Source: Vicugna vicugna (Eukaryota). From it: a stretch of DNA of 64,000 nucleotides. Shown in pieces: positions 1 to 11,449 of the stretch. Under the pieces are notes generated by a model that worked only from the letters and a program-made list of their open reading frames with translations, searched no databases and was not told where the DNA came from. The position numbers were made by a program, and so were the translations under genes. Where the stretch lies: positions 310,001 through 374,000 of the forward strand of contig MU057700.1 in assembly GCA_013265495.1 (NCBI GenBank), read 5' to 3'. How positions within the stretch are numbered: position 1 is the first letter of the stretch; each line of letters begins with the position of its first letter.

Positions 1-1246
1 TTCCTCCCTGAGGCCGGGCCTCTTGCCCCTGGAATTTTGCAGCAAAGGCCTTGAACGTCCATACCCTCTTTAGAGTCTCCTCTCCAGAGGGGCTCCTGTC
101 CCAGAATGTGCTGGGCAGGGATGGAGACAGGCATCAACTGCAGCCTGGGGTTCAGGAGAGGTTCCTGAAGGCATGGGTGGAAAGAAGCCAGATCAGGGTG
201 AGTGGGGGATGAAATTCTAGGCTGAGGGTCAGTGTGGGGACAGTAGAAGCCTGAGAGGAGCCTGGGGTGAGCCTGCAGGCCTTTGTGCGTGGTGACATGA
301 AGGGCGGGGCCTCTGGGGAGGGAATGCAGGGATCAGGTTCCTGCTAAGTGTGGGGTCCTCGGGGCATCTTAGGGGAGTGTCCGCAAGCACTGGACTGTGA
401 TCAGGAGTGGCTGCAGGGGCCAGCTGGGAGAGCCTCCACAAGGCATGGGAAGCCATCACTAGGGGACTGGCTGGGGGTGTGGGTGGAATCGGGTCGGCTG
501 AGGCAGTGCCAGGGGGCATGGATGTGGGAGGGGCAGGTAGATATAGGGATGGAGAGTTGGGTCATGTGGGAGCCGGGCCCTGTGGGCTGTCAAGGTCGGA
601 AGGGTCCAGGTTGGGTAGGCGGGCACAGGGAGCTGGTCAGGGCCAGGGAGGAGCCAAGGCGGGCACAGGAGGGGTTTGGCATGTGTGAACCAGTGCTGGG
701 CTGGGCACGGAGGACTGGCCAGGAGACTGCAGCCGAGCATCCGACACCCCCGCCTTGGGCTGTATGTGCGTGTGGACCTGGGCCAGCAGAAGTCAGGAAG
801 AGGGTGCCTGGCATGTCTGTGCCTCTTCCCAGCCCTTGCCAACCTGCTTTTAACTGCGAAGAGGCAGGCTAGAGTCTCTTGCTTAACATTAGTGATTTTG
901 CTTGGTTCTCAGTGAGTTCTTTTTTATGCATAACTTCTAATTACAACAAGTAAAACTCTTTTTTTATGTCATGGTAGCGTTAGGACAGTTTTTGAATATG
1001 AATTTAAGTGAAAAAGAGCCAGCTTAAGGGGAAAATGGAGCAAAGCAGGTGTAACAAAGCCGCAGGTATGCAGGGCCGGGGACGCCCTACCTGCAGCTCT
1101 GACCCCAACGTCGGGATGGAGGACAGGTCCTGTGGGGGATGGGTGGGAGGGTGTCGCAGAACTGGGGGGGTGAGGGGCACGTTCCCACTTGTCATCTCTC
1201 ACCCACTCTAGAGGGTTAGCCCTCACTCTGTGCCCTGCCATCCCAG

Positions 1247-1384
1247 GTCAAGCTGAAGTCCTTCTCAGCTAAGATCGTGCAGCTGCTGAAGGAGTGGACG
1301 GAGGCCTTCCCCTATGACTTCCAGGATGAGAAAGCCATGGCGGAACTGAAGACCATCACTCACCGGGTCGCTCAGTGTGACGAG
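1247..1384 (+). CDS. RASGEF1A: RasGEF domain family member 1A, internal coding exon (VKLKSFSAKIVQLLKEW...VAQCDE); upstream exons lie outside the window
   Basis: cccag| acceptor, |gtgagg donor, 138 nt phase 0-0; translation matches recalled human RASGEF1A REM region. Confidence 0.95.
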
Positions 1385-2249
1385 GTGAGGACCCGGGCAG
1401 AGTTCCTTGTCTGGGGGAGGGTGGGTCTTCGGGGCAGCTCTGTGTGTGGCCCCCTTTGCTGTACTCTCCCAAGAGGACCGCAGGTGGCTCCGTTTGCCCC
1501 CAGCCCCATGACGACAGCTCTGCTGGCCGGCAGCAGGCCGGACTCACCCTCAGCGTCCTCAGCTTGTGGCCTGAGCGGGATGATCCTGGGCCCCACCTTC
1601 TGCTGCCCCGGGGAGGGGGGTGGAGTGGGGGCCTGGTGAGAGGCTGTAAGAGCCTGCCCACCTCTGCTGGCTCCCAGCTCACTCCTGGTCTTCAGTGTTG
1701 AGAAGGGCCCCTCCAGGGAGGTGGTGGGCTCGCCTCCAGCCCACACTGAGCGGGAGCCGGGGCCTCCATGATGGAAGTGCTCCTGTGCTCAGCAGCCTCT
1801 ACCTGCCTGGAGGGCTCAAAGTCCAGGGAGAGTTTGGGGAGGGGCCAGGGCTCCCCTCACCCAGGGAAGGAAGGCCTGGTCCTGGAGGAAGCCCTTCTAG
1901 ATTCCCTCATCCCTACTGTGGGCCCCTCCTGCTGGGAGGAGGTCACAAGAAGTAGCTCAGCTGCCACCACCAGGAAAGCCATGCTCCTCAGACCCGGAAG
2001 CCTAGCCCTGGCCTTCAGCTCCCTTCCCCACAGGACAGTCAGCTGAGCCACCCTCCCCAGCAGTCCTCGAAGGAGCCCACACTGTACCCCGCTCTGGCAT
2101 CAGCAGCCCAAGTCTTCATGGCAGGTCTGGGTGGGTGATGTGGGCTCGATGGTAGGCAAGTCCCTGGAGATGAGATGGGCCCCTCCAGGGCGGCGCTGGT
2201 CTTGCCACCAGCCCACGCCAGCATCTTCTTCACCCCCTGCCCCTCTCAG

Positions 2250-2471
2250 GAGAATGGCACGGTGAAGAAGGCCATCACCCAAATGACGCAGAGCCTGCTG
2301 CTGTCCCTGGCTGCCCGGAGCCAGCTTCAGGAGCTGCGTGAGAAGCTCCGCTCACCGGCCGTGGACAAAGGGCCCGTCCTCAAGGCCAAGCCGCCAGCTG
2401 CTCAGAAGGACATCCTGGGCGTGTGCTGTGACCCCCTGGTGCTGGCCCAACAGCTGACTCACATCGAGCTG
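2250..2471 (+). CDS. RASGEF1A: RASGEF1A coding exon (ENGTVKKAI...QQLTHIEL)
   Basis: ctcag| acceptor, |gtcagt donor, 222 nt in frame with the previous exon. Confidence 0.95.
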
Positions 2472-3065
2472 GTCAGTGATGCAGTGTGCCCTTCCCAGGA
2501 CGGGTTTGGGGCATATTCATTGGCACTTACCCAAGGCCACTGGCCCCCGGCACCTTCACACCATGGTGTGCAGGGCCTCCCCCACCAGTCAGACTGGGGT
2601 GTCAGGTGAAGCCTGCCTGCCAGTTCTGACCACTGCCTCTGGTGTGTGTGTGTGTCCACCTGCGCACCACCCATCCCCAGGATCACAGCAGCCCCGTATT
2701 AATGGGAGGGGCTGAGGACATGGGGACTGCAGTGGCCGCAGGATGGAGGACTGACCTGGGAAGAGATGAAGGGTTTCAAAGGGAAAGGCAGCCTCTTCCC
2801 ACCGCTTCCCCCGCCCCAGTCACCTCATCCTGCCTGTGCCTTGGGCCCTCCCAGGGGTGGGCCTTCTAAACTCCTGGGGTACATCTTGTGGCGGGGGCTT
2901 GCCCATGGGCTGGATGTTCTGATCAAGGAGGGGCTGTGGCTGTGGTGCACGCCTGCAGGAACGTCTTGACTGCTGCTCTGAACGTTCCTTACACCCCGAG
3001 GGTGGGCCTGCCTGAGGACGGCAGGCATGTCACCCTTCCTGTACTGTCTCCTCACTCCACCCTAG

Positions 3066-3140
3066 GAGAGGGTCAGCAGCATTCACCCCGAGGACCTGAT
3101 GCAGATCGTCAGCCACATGGACTCTCGGGACAAGCACAGG
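3066..3140 (+). CDS. RASGEF1A: RASGEF1A coding exon (ERVSSIHPEDLMQIVSHMDSRDKHR)
   Basis: cctag| acceptor, |gtgagg donor, 75 nt. Confidence 0.95.
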
Positions 3141-3562
3141 GTGAGGGGCCGCAGTGTGCTCTGGGGTGGCCTGAGGGTGGGCCTGACACCTACGCCTGGG
3201 TGGGTGGGGGACTCCCCGAGCACGTCTGAGCACCTCCACAGTGATGGGCCTCACAGCCTGACGGGCATGGGTCCTGCCTCCTAGCGCCTGCTCCAGGGGG
3301 TGGGTGGGTGGCCATGCAGGGTGATGCGTGCTGGGAGGGAGCCCAGCATTCCCAGAGGCCTAGGGAGCCAGCCTGGCCTCCAAGCCTAGCCCTGGGGTTA
3401 TCCTGGGAGATCCTGCCTGGCCAGTGGCAACCCCCCTCTGCCCTCGGCTTTCACAGTCTCCCCTTCTGGCCATGACTCCTGCTCCTTGGTGTGGGGATGG
3501 GGCTGTGGCAGCACCCACTGGCAGGGTCCTCTGGCTCCCTGTGACTTGCCGTGTCCCCCCAG

Positions 3563-3655
3563 TGCCGAGGGGACCTGACCAAGACCTACAGCCTAGAGGC
3601 CTACGACAACTGGTTCAACTGCCTCAGCATGCTTGTGGCCACCGAGGTGTGCCGG
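3563..3655 (+). CDS. RASGEF1A: RASGEF1A coding exon (CRGDLTKTYSLEAYDNWFNCLSMLVATEVCR)
   Basis: cccag| acceptor, |gtaagt donor, 93 nt; CDC25 domain sequence. Confidence 0.95.
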
Positions 3656-4076
3656 GTAAGTGCCGTGTGGTGGACACGGGGGAGCGCCATCTCCTGTACC
3701 CTCTGATGATGGAACTTTGAAAGTGGAGACAGGAAGCTTTTATTGCCAGGGTTGCCCCGACTCCCACCACCCCCACTTCCAACAGCGATGCCTTAAATTG
3801 CAACAGAGGCCTACCCACGGAGTGCACCCTGTGCCAGGCATAGTCTGCAAGTCAATTTGGGGCTCCCTTGGTCCTCTGCCCTCCTGCCCCTCTGCCTGGC
3901 ATCAAAAATGCCCCAGCTGCATTTCCTGCCTCTGCAGCCTGCGAGCATCCCCTCACCCCAGATCTGACAGCTCTGTGGGCCCAGGGCGGCTCCCATCTGG
4001 GCCACCTTTCAGGCGCTGGTGCCAGAGGGGACAACCCCCAGTCAGGCCCACGCTGAGCAGCCTGGCCGCCTTCCAG

Positions 4077-4179
4077 GTGGTGAAGAAGAAGCACCGGACC
4101 CGCATGCTAGAGTTCTTCATCGATGTGGCCCGAGAGTGCTTCAACATCGGGAACTTCAACTCCATGATGGCCATCATCT
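4077..4179 (+). CDS. RASGEF1A: RASGEF1A coding exon (VVKKKHRTRMLEFF...NFNSMMAII)
   Basis: ttccag| acceptor, |gtgagt donor, 103 nt; contains the CDC25-type GNFNS motif. Confidence 0.95.
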
Positions 4180-4254
4180 GTGAGTGTGCGGGCCCAGGGG
4201 GTCCCCACCCAGCTCTGTCTGGCCCGCCCTCACCCCACCTGTCGTCCCCTGCAG

Positions 4255-4334
4255 CTGGCATGAACCTCAGTCCCGTGGCGAGGCTGAAGAAGACGTGGTC
4301 CAAAGTCAAGACGGCCAAGTTCGACGTCTTAGAG
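4255..4334 (+). CDS. RASGEF1A: RASGEF1A coding exon (SGMNLSPVARLKKTWSKV...FDVLE)
   Basis: ctgcag| acceptor, |gtaggt donor, 80 nt; contains the RLKKTW motif. Confidence 0.95.
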
Positions 4335-5027
4335 GTAGGTGGCCTAGCTTTGTCCTGCCGTCGTGTCAGCCAGCCTGGCTGCGCCACCACGAGGAGGCAG
4401 GCAGCCTGTGCTCTCCTTGGCCCTTGGGAACTTCAATCAGAACTGGCATCGCCTAAAGCAAGTTCTGGGGAGTGGTTAGTAAAGAGTTTGACAAAAGCAG
4501 GCCCACAACTCCAGGCTGGACAATGCCAACTAAGCGGCGACCGCCCTTTCCTGGCTCAGCGTCTCATGGTCCGGGATCCTCTGGGTGGCCCAGGGGCTGA
4601 CAGGAGAGCCCACTTACAGCCTTGCCCAGATGTATTTGATCACAGAATCTGGTTTTTGGCAAATGTGTGTCTTGAGGATCTGGTCAGGTTTGGGAGGTAT
4701 CAGCCTAAGCAGAAGGGCAAATGAGGGTTTTGAAAGGAAGGAGGTGAGACCCAGACTCAGCAGGACAGGGATGAGGTGTGTGTGAACTGTGAGATTTCTC
4801 TACAGCGTTCTCGATGATGCTTGCACCCAAACCCAGAAGGCCCTGGCCCAGTGCTCAGCCCTCAGCCAGGTGCTTCTGGGCTTCCCTCCTCGATGCTCAC
4901 TCCTGGAAAGGAGGCTTCTTCTGGGGACAGTCCGGGGCTACCTGGAGCTGTTTCTTGCAGAGTGTCCTGAGCAGGTCTGAGGGGCGCAGGGAAGCACTGC
5001 CCACCACATCCTCCCGTCTTCCCGCAG

Positions 5028-5219
5028 CACCACATGGACCCATCCAGCAACTTCTGCAATTACCGTACAGCCCTGCAGGGGGCCACACAGAGGTCCCAGA
5101 TGGCCAACAGCAGCCGGGAGAAGATCGTCATCCCCGTGTTCAACCTTTTCGTTAAGGACATCTACTTCCTGCACAAAATCCACACCAACCACCTGCCCAA
5201 TGGGCACATTAACTTCAAG
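5028..5219 (+). CDS. RASGEF1A: RASGEF1A coding exon (HHMDPSSNFCNYR...NGHINFK)
   Basis: ccgcag| acceptor, |gtcagc donor, 192 nt. Confidence 0.95.
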
Positions 5220-6120
5220 GTCAGCTCAGTGCCTTCATGGTCTAAGGGGAGGGGGCCGGCTCTCCCAGCACAGGGTAGGGCAGACCTCCTGGCCTTGCTC
5301 CAGGAGAAGCAGAATCCATCTTTGCCATGAGAGCTGTAAGGCAGTGGCCCTGTGGCAGAAGGGCCGTTAAGGACTGACAGCTCTAGTATGGTCGTGGGTG
5401 CCATTTGACCTCAAGGTGTGAGGATGGCCCCAGCTCTTCTGGGTGGATGATTACAGGGCTATTTACAGGGCTAGGAGCCACAGGGAACCTGTATCTTGGT
5501 CCCAGCACTGACCCCACCACGGAGACAGAGAAGGGGCCACTCCTGGGGGTTTGTGGGTCAGGAAGGCTTTTGGCAAGAAGGGACTTGGGCAGGGAGAAAG
5601 CAGCAGAATTCCAGATGAATGCTTACAGGTACCTGGCCAAAGGCAGGAGGGTAGGACAAAGGTGACTGGGGAGTGCAGGGGGAGCTGGGCTGTCCTGTGT
5701 TCACCTCACACAGGGAAGGGGAGGGAGTCCTGGATTCTTACCTGGGCCCCAAAGAGTGAGATCAGGCGTGTTCTGGTTGGTGGTACCACGCTGGGTGTGG
5801 CTGAGATGCCTGCCTCAACCTGGAGTCACAATTGCAGACCCTTTTGGGGCCCCTGCGCTGGGGAAGCACAGACGCTGCAGCAGCCTGATGGCTTAGGTAG
5901 AGGGCAGGGACAGAGCTGCCCTGAGGACACGTGCTGGCTCTGATGTTGCACAGAGTGCTTCCGTGGCCACAAAGTCAGCTCTGTAGGGCCACTGTCCCAT
6001 CTCGCTGGGACCAGGGAAGTAAGCAGCAGACTGAAATCGGAGCCTGTATCCCCTGCCCTAACCAAGATTTTCAAGCTTATGGTGACAAATGAACATCCAG
6101 TTGGTCTTCCGCCCCTTCAG

Positions 6121-6244
6121 AAATTTTGGGAGATCTCCAGACAGATCCATGAGTTCATGACATGGACACAGGTAGAGTGTCCCTTCGAGAAGGACAAGAA
6201 GATTCAGAGTTACCTGCTGACAGCTCCCATCTACAGCGAGGAAG
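6121..6244 (+). CDS. RASGEF1A: RASGEF1A coding exon (KFWEISRQIHEF...PIYSEE)
   Basis: cttcag| acceptor, |gtgagg donor, 124 nt. Confidence 0.95.
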
Positions 6245-6721
6245 GTGAGGGCCACCTCCCCACACTGTGCAGGTCACCCTGACTCCTTCCCCCGACCATG
6301 GTGCCATCTTGGGGTTGCCCTGGGAGGCAGGCCTGGTTGTTAGTCCCGCGCTATACTGGGGAAGCTCGGCTCGCAGAGGTGAGTGCATGAGGCTGGGTCG
6401 TGACAGATGACAGATTAAGAATAAAGGCAAGAAGAGGTCAGGCTCCCGAGGCCATTTGAGAGCCAGGGCAGGGTTGGGCCAGCGCTGCAGAACCAGAAAA
6501 CTTCTCAGAGTTCCCAGGCAGGTATCCAGGAGTTCTAGGCCCCATGGGGCCTGGAACCCCACGCGGTGGAGACCTGTGGATGCGCCCAGGTCGTAAGTCC
6601 TTACCCGCCTGGTCCTGGGCCTAGCTCCAGCCCTGGACGGGAGTTTGAGAAGGGCTAACTGGTACAGGGGGTGGACTGACCACGTGTGGACATGGGTTCT
6701 GAGGTGCTTCTTGTCTCTCAG

Positions 6722-6794
6722 CTCTCTTCATCGCCTCCTTTGAAAGTGAAGGTCCTGAGAACCACATGGAAAAAGACAGCTGGAAGACCCTCAG
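6722..6794 (+). CDS. RASGEF1A: RASGEF1A coding exon (ALFIASFESEGPENHMEKDSWKTLR)
   Basis: tctcag| acceptor, |gtagga donor, 73 nt; phase compatible with neighbours. Confidence 0.93.
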
Positions 6795-7100
6795 GTAGGA
6801 GAACTCAGAAACAGCCCGGTGAGCCCCTAAGACCAGCCCCATGGCCAAGTCTACAAGGAAGGGAAAGGACAGGGTAGGGGGCAGCCTGATGGAGCTGCGC
6901 ACCTCTCCATGGACCAGGCAGAGGAAGGCATCCCCGGTGCAGGTTGAGGACCTGGGGTTTGAACGGCCCTGACTCCTCCCCTCAAAGACCAGTTCTTGGA
7001 AGCCGGGCCCTCCTCTAATAGCATGGGCCGGCCTGCTGCTTGCTCAGGGGAGGGGCCGGCCAGCCACCTGACCATTTCCTTGTGCCTTGCCCACCTTTAG

Positions 7101-7125
7101 GACCACTCTGCTTAACAGAGCCTGA
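7101..7125 (+). CDS. RASGEF1A: RASGEF1A last coding exon (TTLLNRA-stop)
   Basis: ctttag| acceptor; g acc act ctg ctt aac aga gcc TGA matches the recalled human C-terminus. Confidence 0.93.
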
Positions 7126-8905
7126 AGGCACGGATGCAGCCTGCAGACCTGGACGAAGCACACATGTGTACCAAGTTTTAATCTTGATTGATATGGGTTG
7201 AGATGAGGAGGCCTCACTGGTTGGGGTCCATTTTGTATATAACTTTTATGAAAAAGAAAAAAAGAAAAAAGTATTTCATGCATCAACCTTTGGCACTTAA
7301 CAAAGTTTTTTTGTTTATTTTCAATAACAGGGCAGGGCCCTGCTTTGGGGAGGGGTGGGGAAAGTGTATCATGGGAGATGGCATCCATGATAACATCTTA
7401 TTCTAATGAAATGTAGATTTTTATTTTCTACTTTTGATTATTAACATCTTACAAAAAAATATTTTAAAAAACCCAACCAAAACCAACGTGAGCCCTGCCT
7501 ACTTTCCAGCCAGTGTCTCTGAAGTCGGGGTTAGTGCCTTAGAGGGTACTGGAGGGCCGGTCTCCCGCTCCGTTCTCTAGCCCACAGCCAGTGCCGCTGG
7601 AAGGCGCAGGGAAAGCTTTGCCCTGGACCACAAGGGCGCCTGCCCTCAAAGCCTGGGCCAGCGAGGTTCCGGCAGGAGGGGCTTGGGCGGCCGGGAGGTC
7701 TCGTTTGCATAGTTCTGGAAGTGAACCTTGAATACGGGCTTTCCGAAGTTTACATTTTCATTTTCCTTTATCAGGGATTTACGGGGGTCTGGGGGGGAGG
7801 GCAGGGGGACACCTGGCAGCATATTTTCTGTCGGGATATGTCTGGCAAATTGTTCTTCAGCTACATTTTAGGAAAAGAGATCTGAAATAACCTAAGGGGG
7901 AGAGTCGTGGAATTGTCAGTTTTCCAGGCTATAACTGAAAGACACACTTAGGTGCAATAAAGCGAACACAAAATACAGTTAAGGATGGGGACATTCAAAG
8001 CTGTCTTGAAGCCCAAGAACAGAGTGAAAAGAAGCAACTCACAAGTCAGTATCCTCCCTCCCTCTGGGTGGGGGCCTCCCCTAATAGAATCTGAAACACA
8101 GAAAGTTAGCCAGGCCAGTAATGCTGGAGCCCACTCACATGAAACTGCCCAACACGTAGAGGTATTTTCTACACCCAAACTTGAGGAGTACACTCCGTTT
8201 TCTGTCTGATGTCCTGGCCATGGGACAGTGATGGCCCTGCTCCCTCGAAGGCCAGAAGTGGGCAATCCACGCTGACTCCATCTCCCTCACAGCGTGGCTT
8301 TCATTCTGTACAAGCAGACTGGGAACCACTCACCCTCGTTTCTCTCCGCACGCCTGGCTTCCACCGGAGCCTCCAGCTGGGAGGCCTGGGTGAGGACGGG
8401 TCAGCTAGTTGCTAATTCCCAAAACTCCTAGGAGAGCCTGGAGATGCGAAGGCGAGGCTTCAGGAGGGAGGTGGCTCCATGATCCGCTGGTGACATCACC
8501 CTCAGCCCTGGGTGGAGCAAGGATGTTTACACTGTATTGTCACAGTGTTTTTGCACTTTTCAGATGTTCTAGATAGTACATATTGCTTTGTTTATGTATT
8601 TGAGATAAAGAAAGGTTTAAAACTTGAGAATATATATTTGGAATACAATGTGAGAACATTTTCTGTACACGTGTCAAGGAGCTTTCACATCAATGTGCGC
8701 GTCCCTGGCTTGTCAGTTCCAGTACCTATCTGACAGTGTCTACATTTGCTACTTTATTTTCCCAATTTGATACAGACCCTAACTATGATGTTTTGGTATT
8801 TCGAGGTGAACTCTGAGTATAAAGCTGTACCATACATAATGCAGGGTGGCAGTTGTTGGTGTGACTGGACATACTTGCATCAATAAAAGAACATGTTGCT
8901 CCCCT
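7126..8905 (+). other. RASGEF1A: RASGEF1A 3'UTR (end approximate)
   Basis: Follows the stop codon; has U/A-rich blocks; AATAAA at 8882 followed by GU-rich sequence. Confidence 0.7.
8882..8887 (+). terminator. Polyadenylation signal AATAAA (probable RASGEF1A distal site; a second AATAAA lies at 7956-7961)
   Basis: AATAAA followed ~20-40 nt later by gtgtgcctgtcctctgtgcgtg. Confidence 0.65.
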
Positions 8906-9984
8906 CGTGTGCCTGTCCTCTGTGCGTGGCTGCTGAGGGTGGGTGGCTCTGATGCTGGCAGGAGGCACGGGGATGCCCAGCTGGGGAGGAGGATGAGGCT
9001 GCCCGGGCCCACCACCGCCTTCCAAAGATGGAACAAAGAACCCTCACCTCCACGTTCTGACAAAGGGCTTTTCAAATAAACAAGGCAAAACAAGACAAAG
9101 TTGTACAAGAGGCATGTTCTGGTCCTGCTTTCCTCAAAGAAAGATCCAGAAAGCTATTGAATTACATAGTCATGTCAGTTCAGGAAACCTACCTGAGTTG
9201 GCTGTAAAGGGTCCTTTACTGCAGGACTAATCAGAACCTTTGGTGTCCACGGGCGCTGTGTGTCAGCTGGGGAGTACCCACTGGCATCTTTCTGCAGAGC
9301 AGCCTGCAGAGTGCAGTTCTGTTTCAGTGAGTCACACTCAGGGGCTCTAGAGAGAAGGGATTTGTTGAGGGGCACACGAGAGCTTGTGGAGTTGAAGGGA
9401 ACACTAGGATGGAAGCTGAACTCCCGCGTGTTTCTCTCTGGCCTGTCACACAGGCCAGGCTGGATGCTGTCTGCTCGTTACAGCTCAGAGCTGACTCAGC
9501 CCACCAGAGCAGCGCTGCCCACCGGAGAACTTTCTGGGGTGATGGAGTACTCCATAGCTGCATCATCCAGTCTGGTAGCTACAGAGGTACTGACCACGGA
9601 AATGTGGTCAGTGCGACTGAGGAACAGAATTTCTAATCTTACTTATGTTTACATAGCTAGTGGCTACTGGCAGGAGGCTCAGCTTGTGGGGCCTTGTCAC
9701 CTGCTACCCCTCCAAGTGCCTCGTGCAGTGGACTGCACACAGTAGGTGCTCAGGTGGAGCAAATGAGGACCCCTATGAGGATGCATGAGTTTTGGGTAAG
9801 TGACACCACTTTTTAGGTCCTTCCGTTCAATGGTATCTTTAATTTCTTGGTAAGGCTATTTCTGGAAGTTTCTAACTACCTCAACTGAAGAAGGGGCACG
9901 TCATTTAGTCTGGGTCTGACTCAGAGCTTGAGCTGGGAGCGGGAGGCGAGCTGGCTTGGCTAGCCACAGCACTGTCCTTCACCC

Positions 9985-10165
9985 GCAGAGTGGTCCCTCC
10001 AGGCAGTGCCTCTCCAGGTGTGGGTCCCAGACCAGCAGCAGCATTAGCAACACCAGACACTTGGTTCACAATGTTCTCAGGGCCCCACTGCAGACCTGCT
10101 GAATGGGAAACATGGGAGCTGGGGGGCCCGGGCGAGTCTGAGATGCTCTCCCAGCAGGTTAAGTT
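9985..10165. mobile_element. MER5A-like hAT-Charlie DNA transposon fragment
   Basis: cagaccagcagcagcattagc...ttctcagggccccactgcagacctgctgaat resembles the recalled MER5A consensus. Confidence 0.55.
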
Positions 10166-10644
10166 TCTGCAGGAGTCGGCAGGGCACTCTGCTGCCCCGC
10201 CACTAGCCTCACCGTCCTGCCCGCACCTCCTCCATGCACTCGCCGTCCTTTCTCACACATTCTCTGAGTCTCCTTCCATCCTCTTGGTGGGTGGCGCTTG
10301 TGCTCCTCCGGGCCCTGCCCCACCTGCCACATCACACTGTTGGCATCCGTCTCATGCACTGGAGTCTCAGTCTCTCTGTGTAGGAGCCTCTTGTCAAGTA
10401 TCCGTGTGGCCAGTGACCAGCACGGTGTGTGGTTCTTAACAACACCATGGATGACTGAGTGCTAGCTTTTCCCCACATTTCAGGAACAAATCTATGTTAC
10501 AGCGTCAGATGTGACATGAAGATAAGCTAGGGATCTCTACTAAGGCTCAGAGACTTCTGTGACATACTAAGAATTTTTGTGAAATATACACCTACCACAC
10601 CTATACGTTTGTAAAATGTGTGACATGTCCCTCAGGGAGGCAAG

Positions 10645-10870
10645 ATAGGATCAGTGTAAGAGCAAGGAATCAAGAGCTACACTGTGGATTTGAGTCCTAG
10701 TCTTCAGTTCCCAGATGGGTACGCTGGGACTACTGTCTACCTTGTTAAGCCTCCATTCTCCCATGATTAAAATGGAATTACACTACTCTCTATCTCATGG
10801 GGTGGCTGTAATGTTATATGGCAGGAAGTGCAACGCCTCGTTGTTTAGAAGCAGTCAGTGTTAGCTGTGT
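10645..10870 (+). mobile_element. MIR SINE (degraded)
   Basis: gatttgagtcctagtc...aagcctccattctccc...taaaatggaatta...ctcatggggtggctgta core. Confidence 0.55.
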
Positions 10871-11449
10871 ACCAGCAGTGGTGCCCTAATGAAACTAAAT
10901 GCCACTTTGCCCACAGAGAGAGGAATCTGGGAAAAGTGAAACAAAGGATTGTAAGTGCCCTTCTAAGGTATAACTGAAGTCCTGGTCATTACAAATGTAT
11001 TCTAACACTACCAAAAAACACTCAAGTGTCAAGTTTAACCAACATATAAACATGTATGAGAAAAAATTCACACAAAGTTGTGATTCAAAACCACTTTCTA
11101 AATGAAAAACTGACTACCCATCTATAGGCTGGTAACATTAGATCATGCCAACATAATTTCTATCTTTATTCTCAAAAAGGAAGTCGTGACACTGTGAGGA
11201 AGGCGAGGGGCTGCCAAAATTCCCCACAAAAATCTATCTCAACATATCCAGGACTCTCAGGTATGGAACTTCAGCAACAATGTCAAGGGAACAATACTGT
11301 CAGGAATGTAAGAAGTTGAGCACTTGTCCATTTCTGGTAGCATGAAGAGAAAGTGGCTTGCCTATTGAAATCAACTGATAAACTTATACAAAATTTTAAC
11401 ATCCAAATCAAAGTGTGAACCCAGAGCTTCCATTTTTCAATCCACAAGG

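Noticed and set aside
460..680. G-quadruplex-like G-runs in the RASGEF1A intron
   Set aside because: G-runs occur throughout this GC-rich gene; nothing marks this stretch as special.
229..915. Several overlapping 75-175 aa ORFs on both strands
   Set aside because: GC-rich intron with few stops; low-complexity translations with no recognisable domain.
3660..4724. 354-aa ORF, the longest in the window
   Set aside because: It is two RASGEF1A exons plus stop-poor GC-rich intron in the same frame; there is no true ATG start and canonical splice sites bound the conserved parts.
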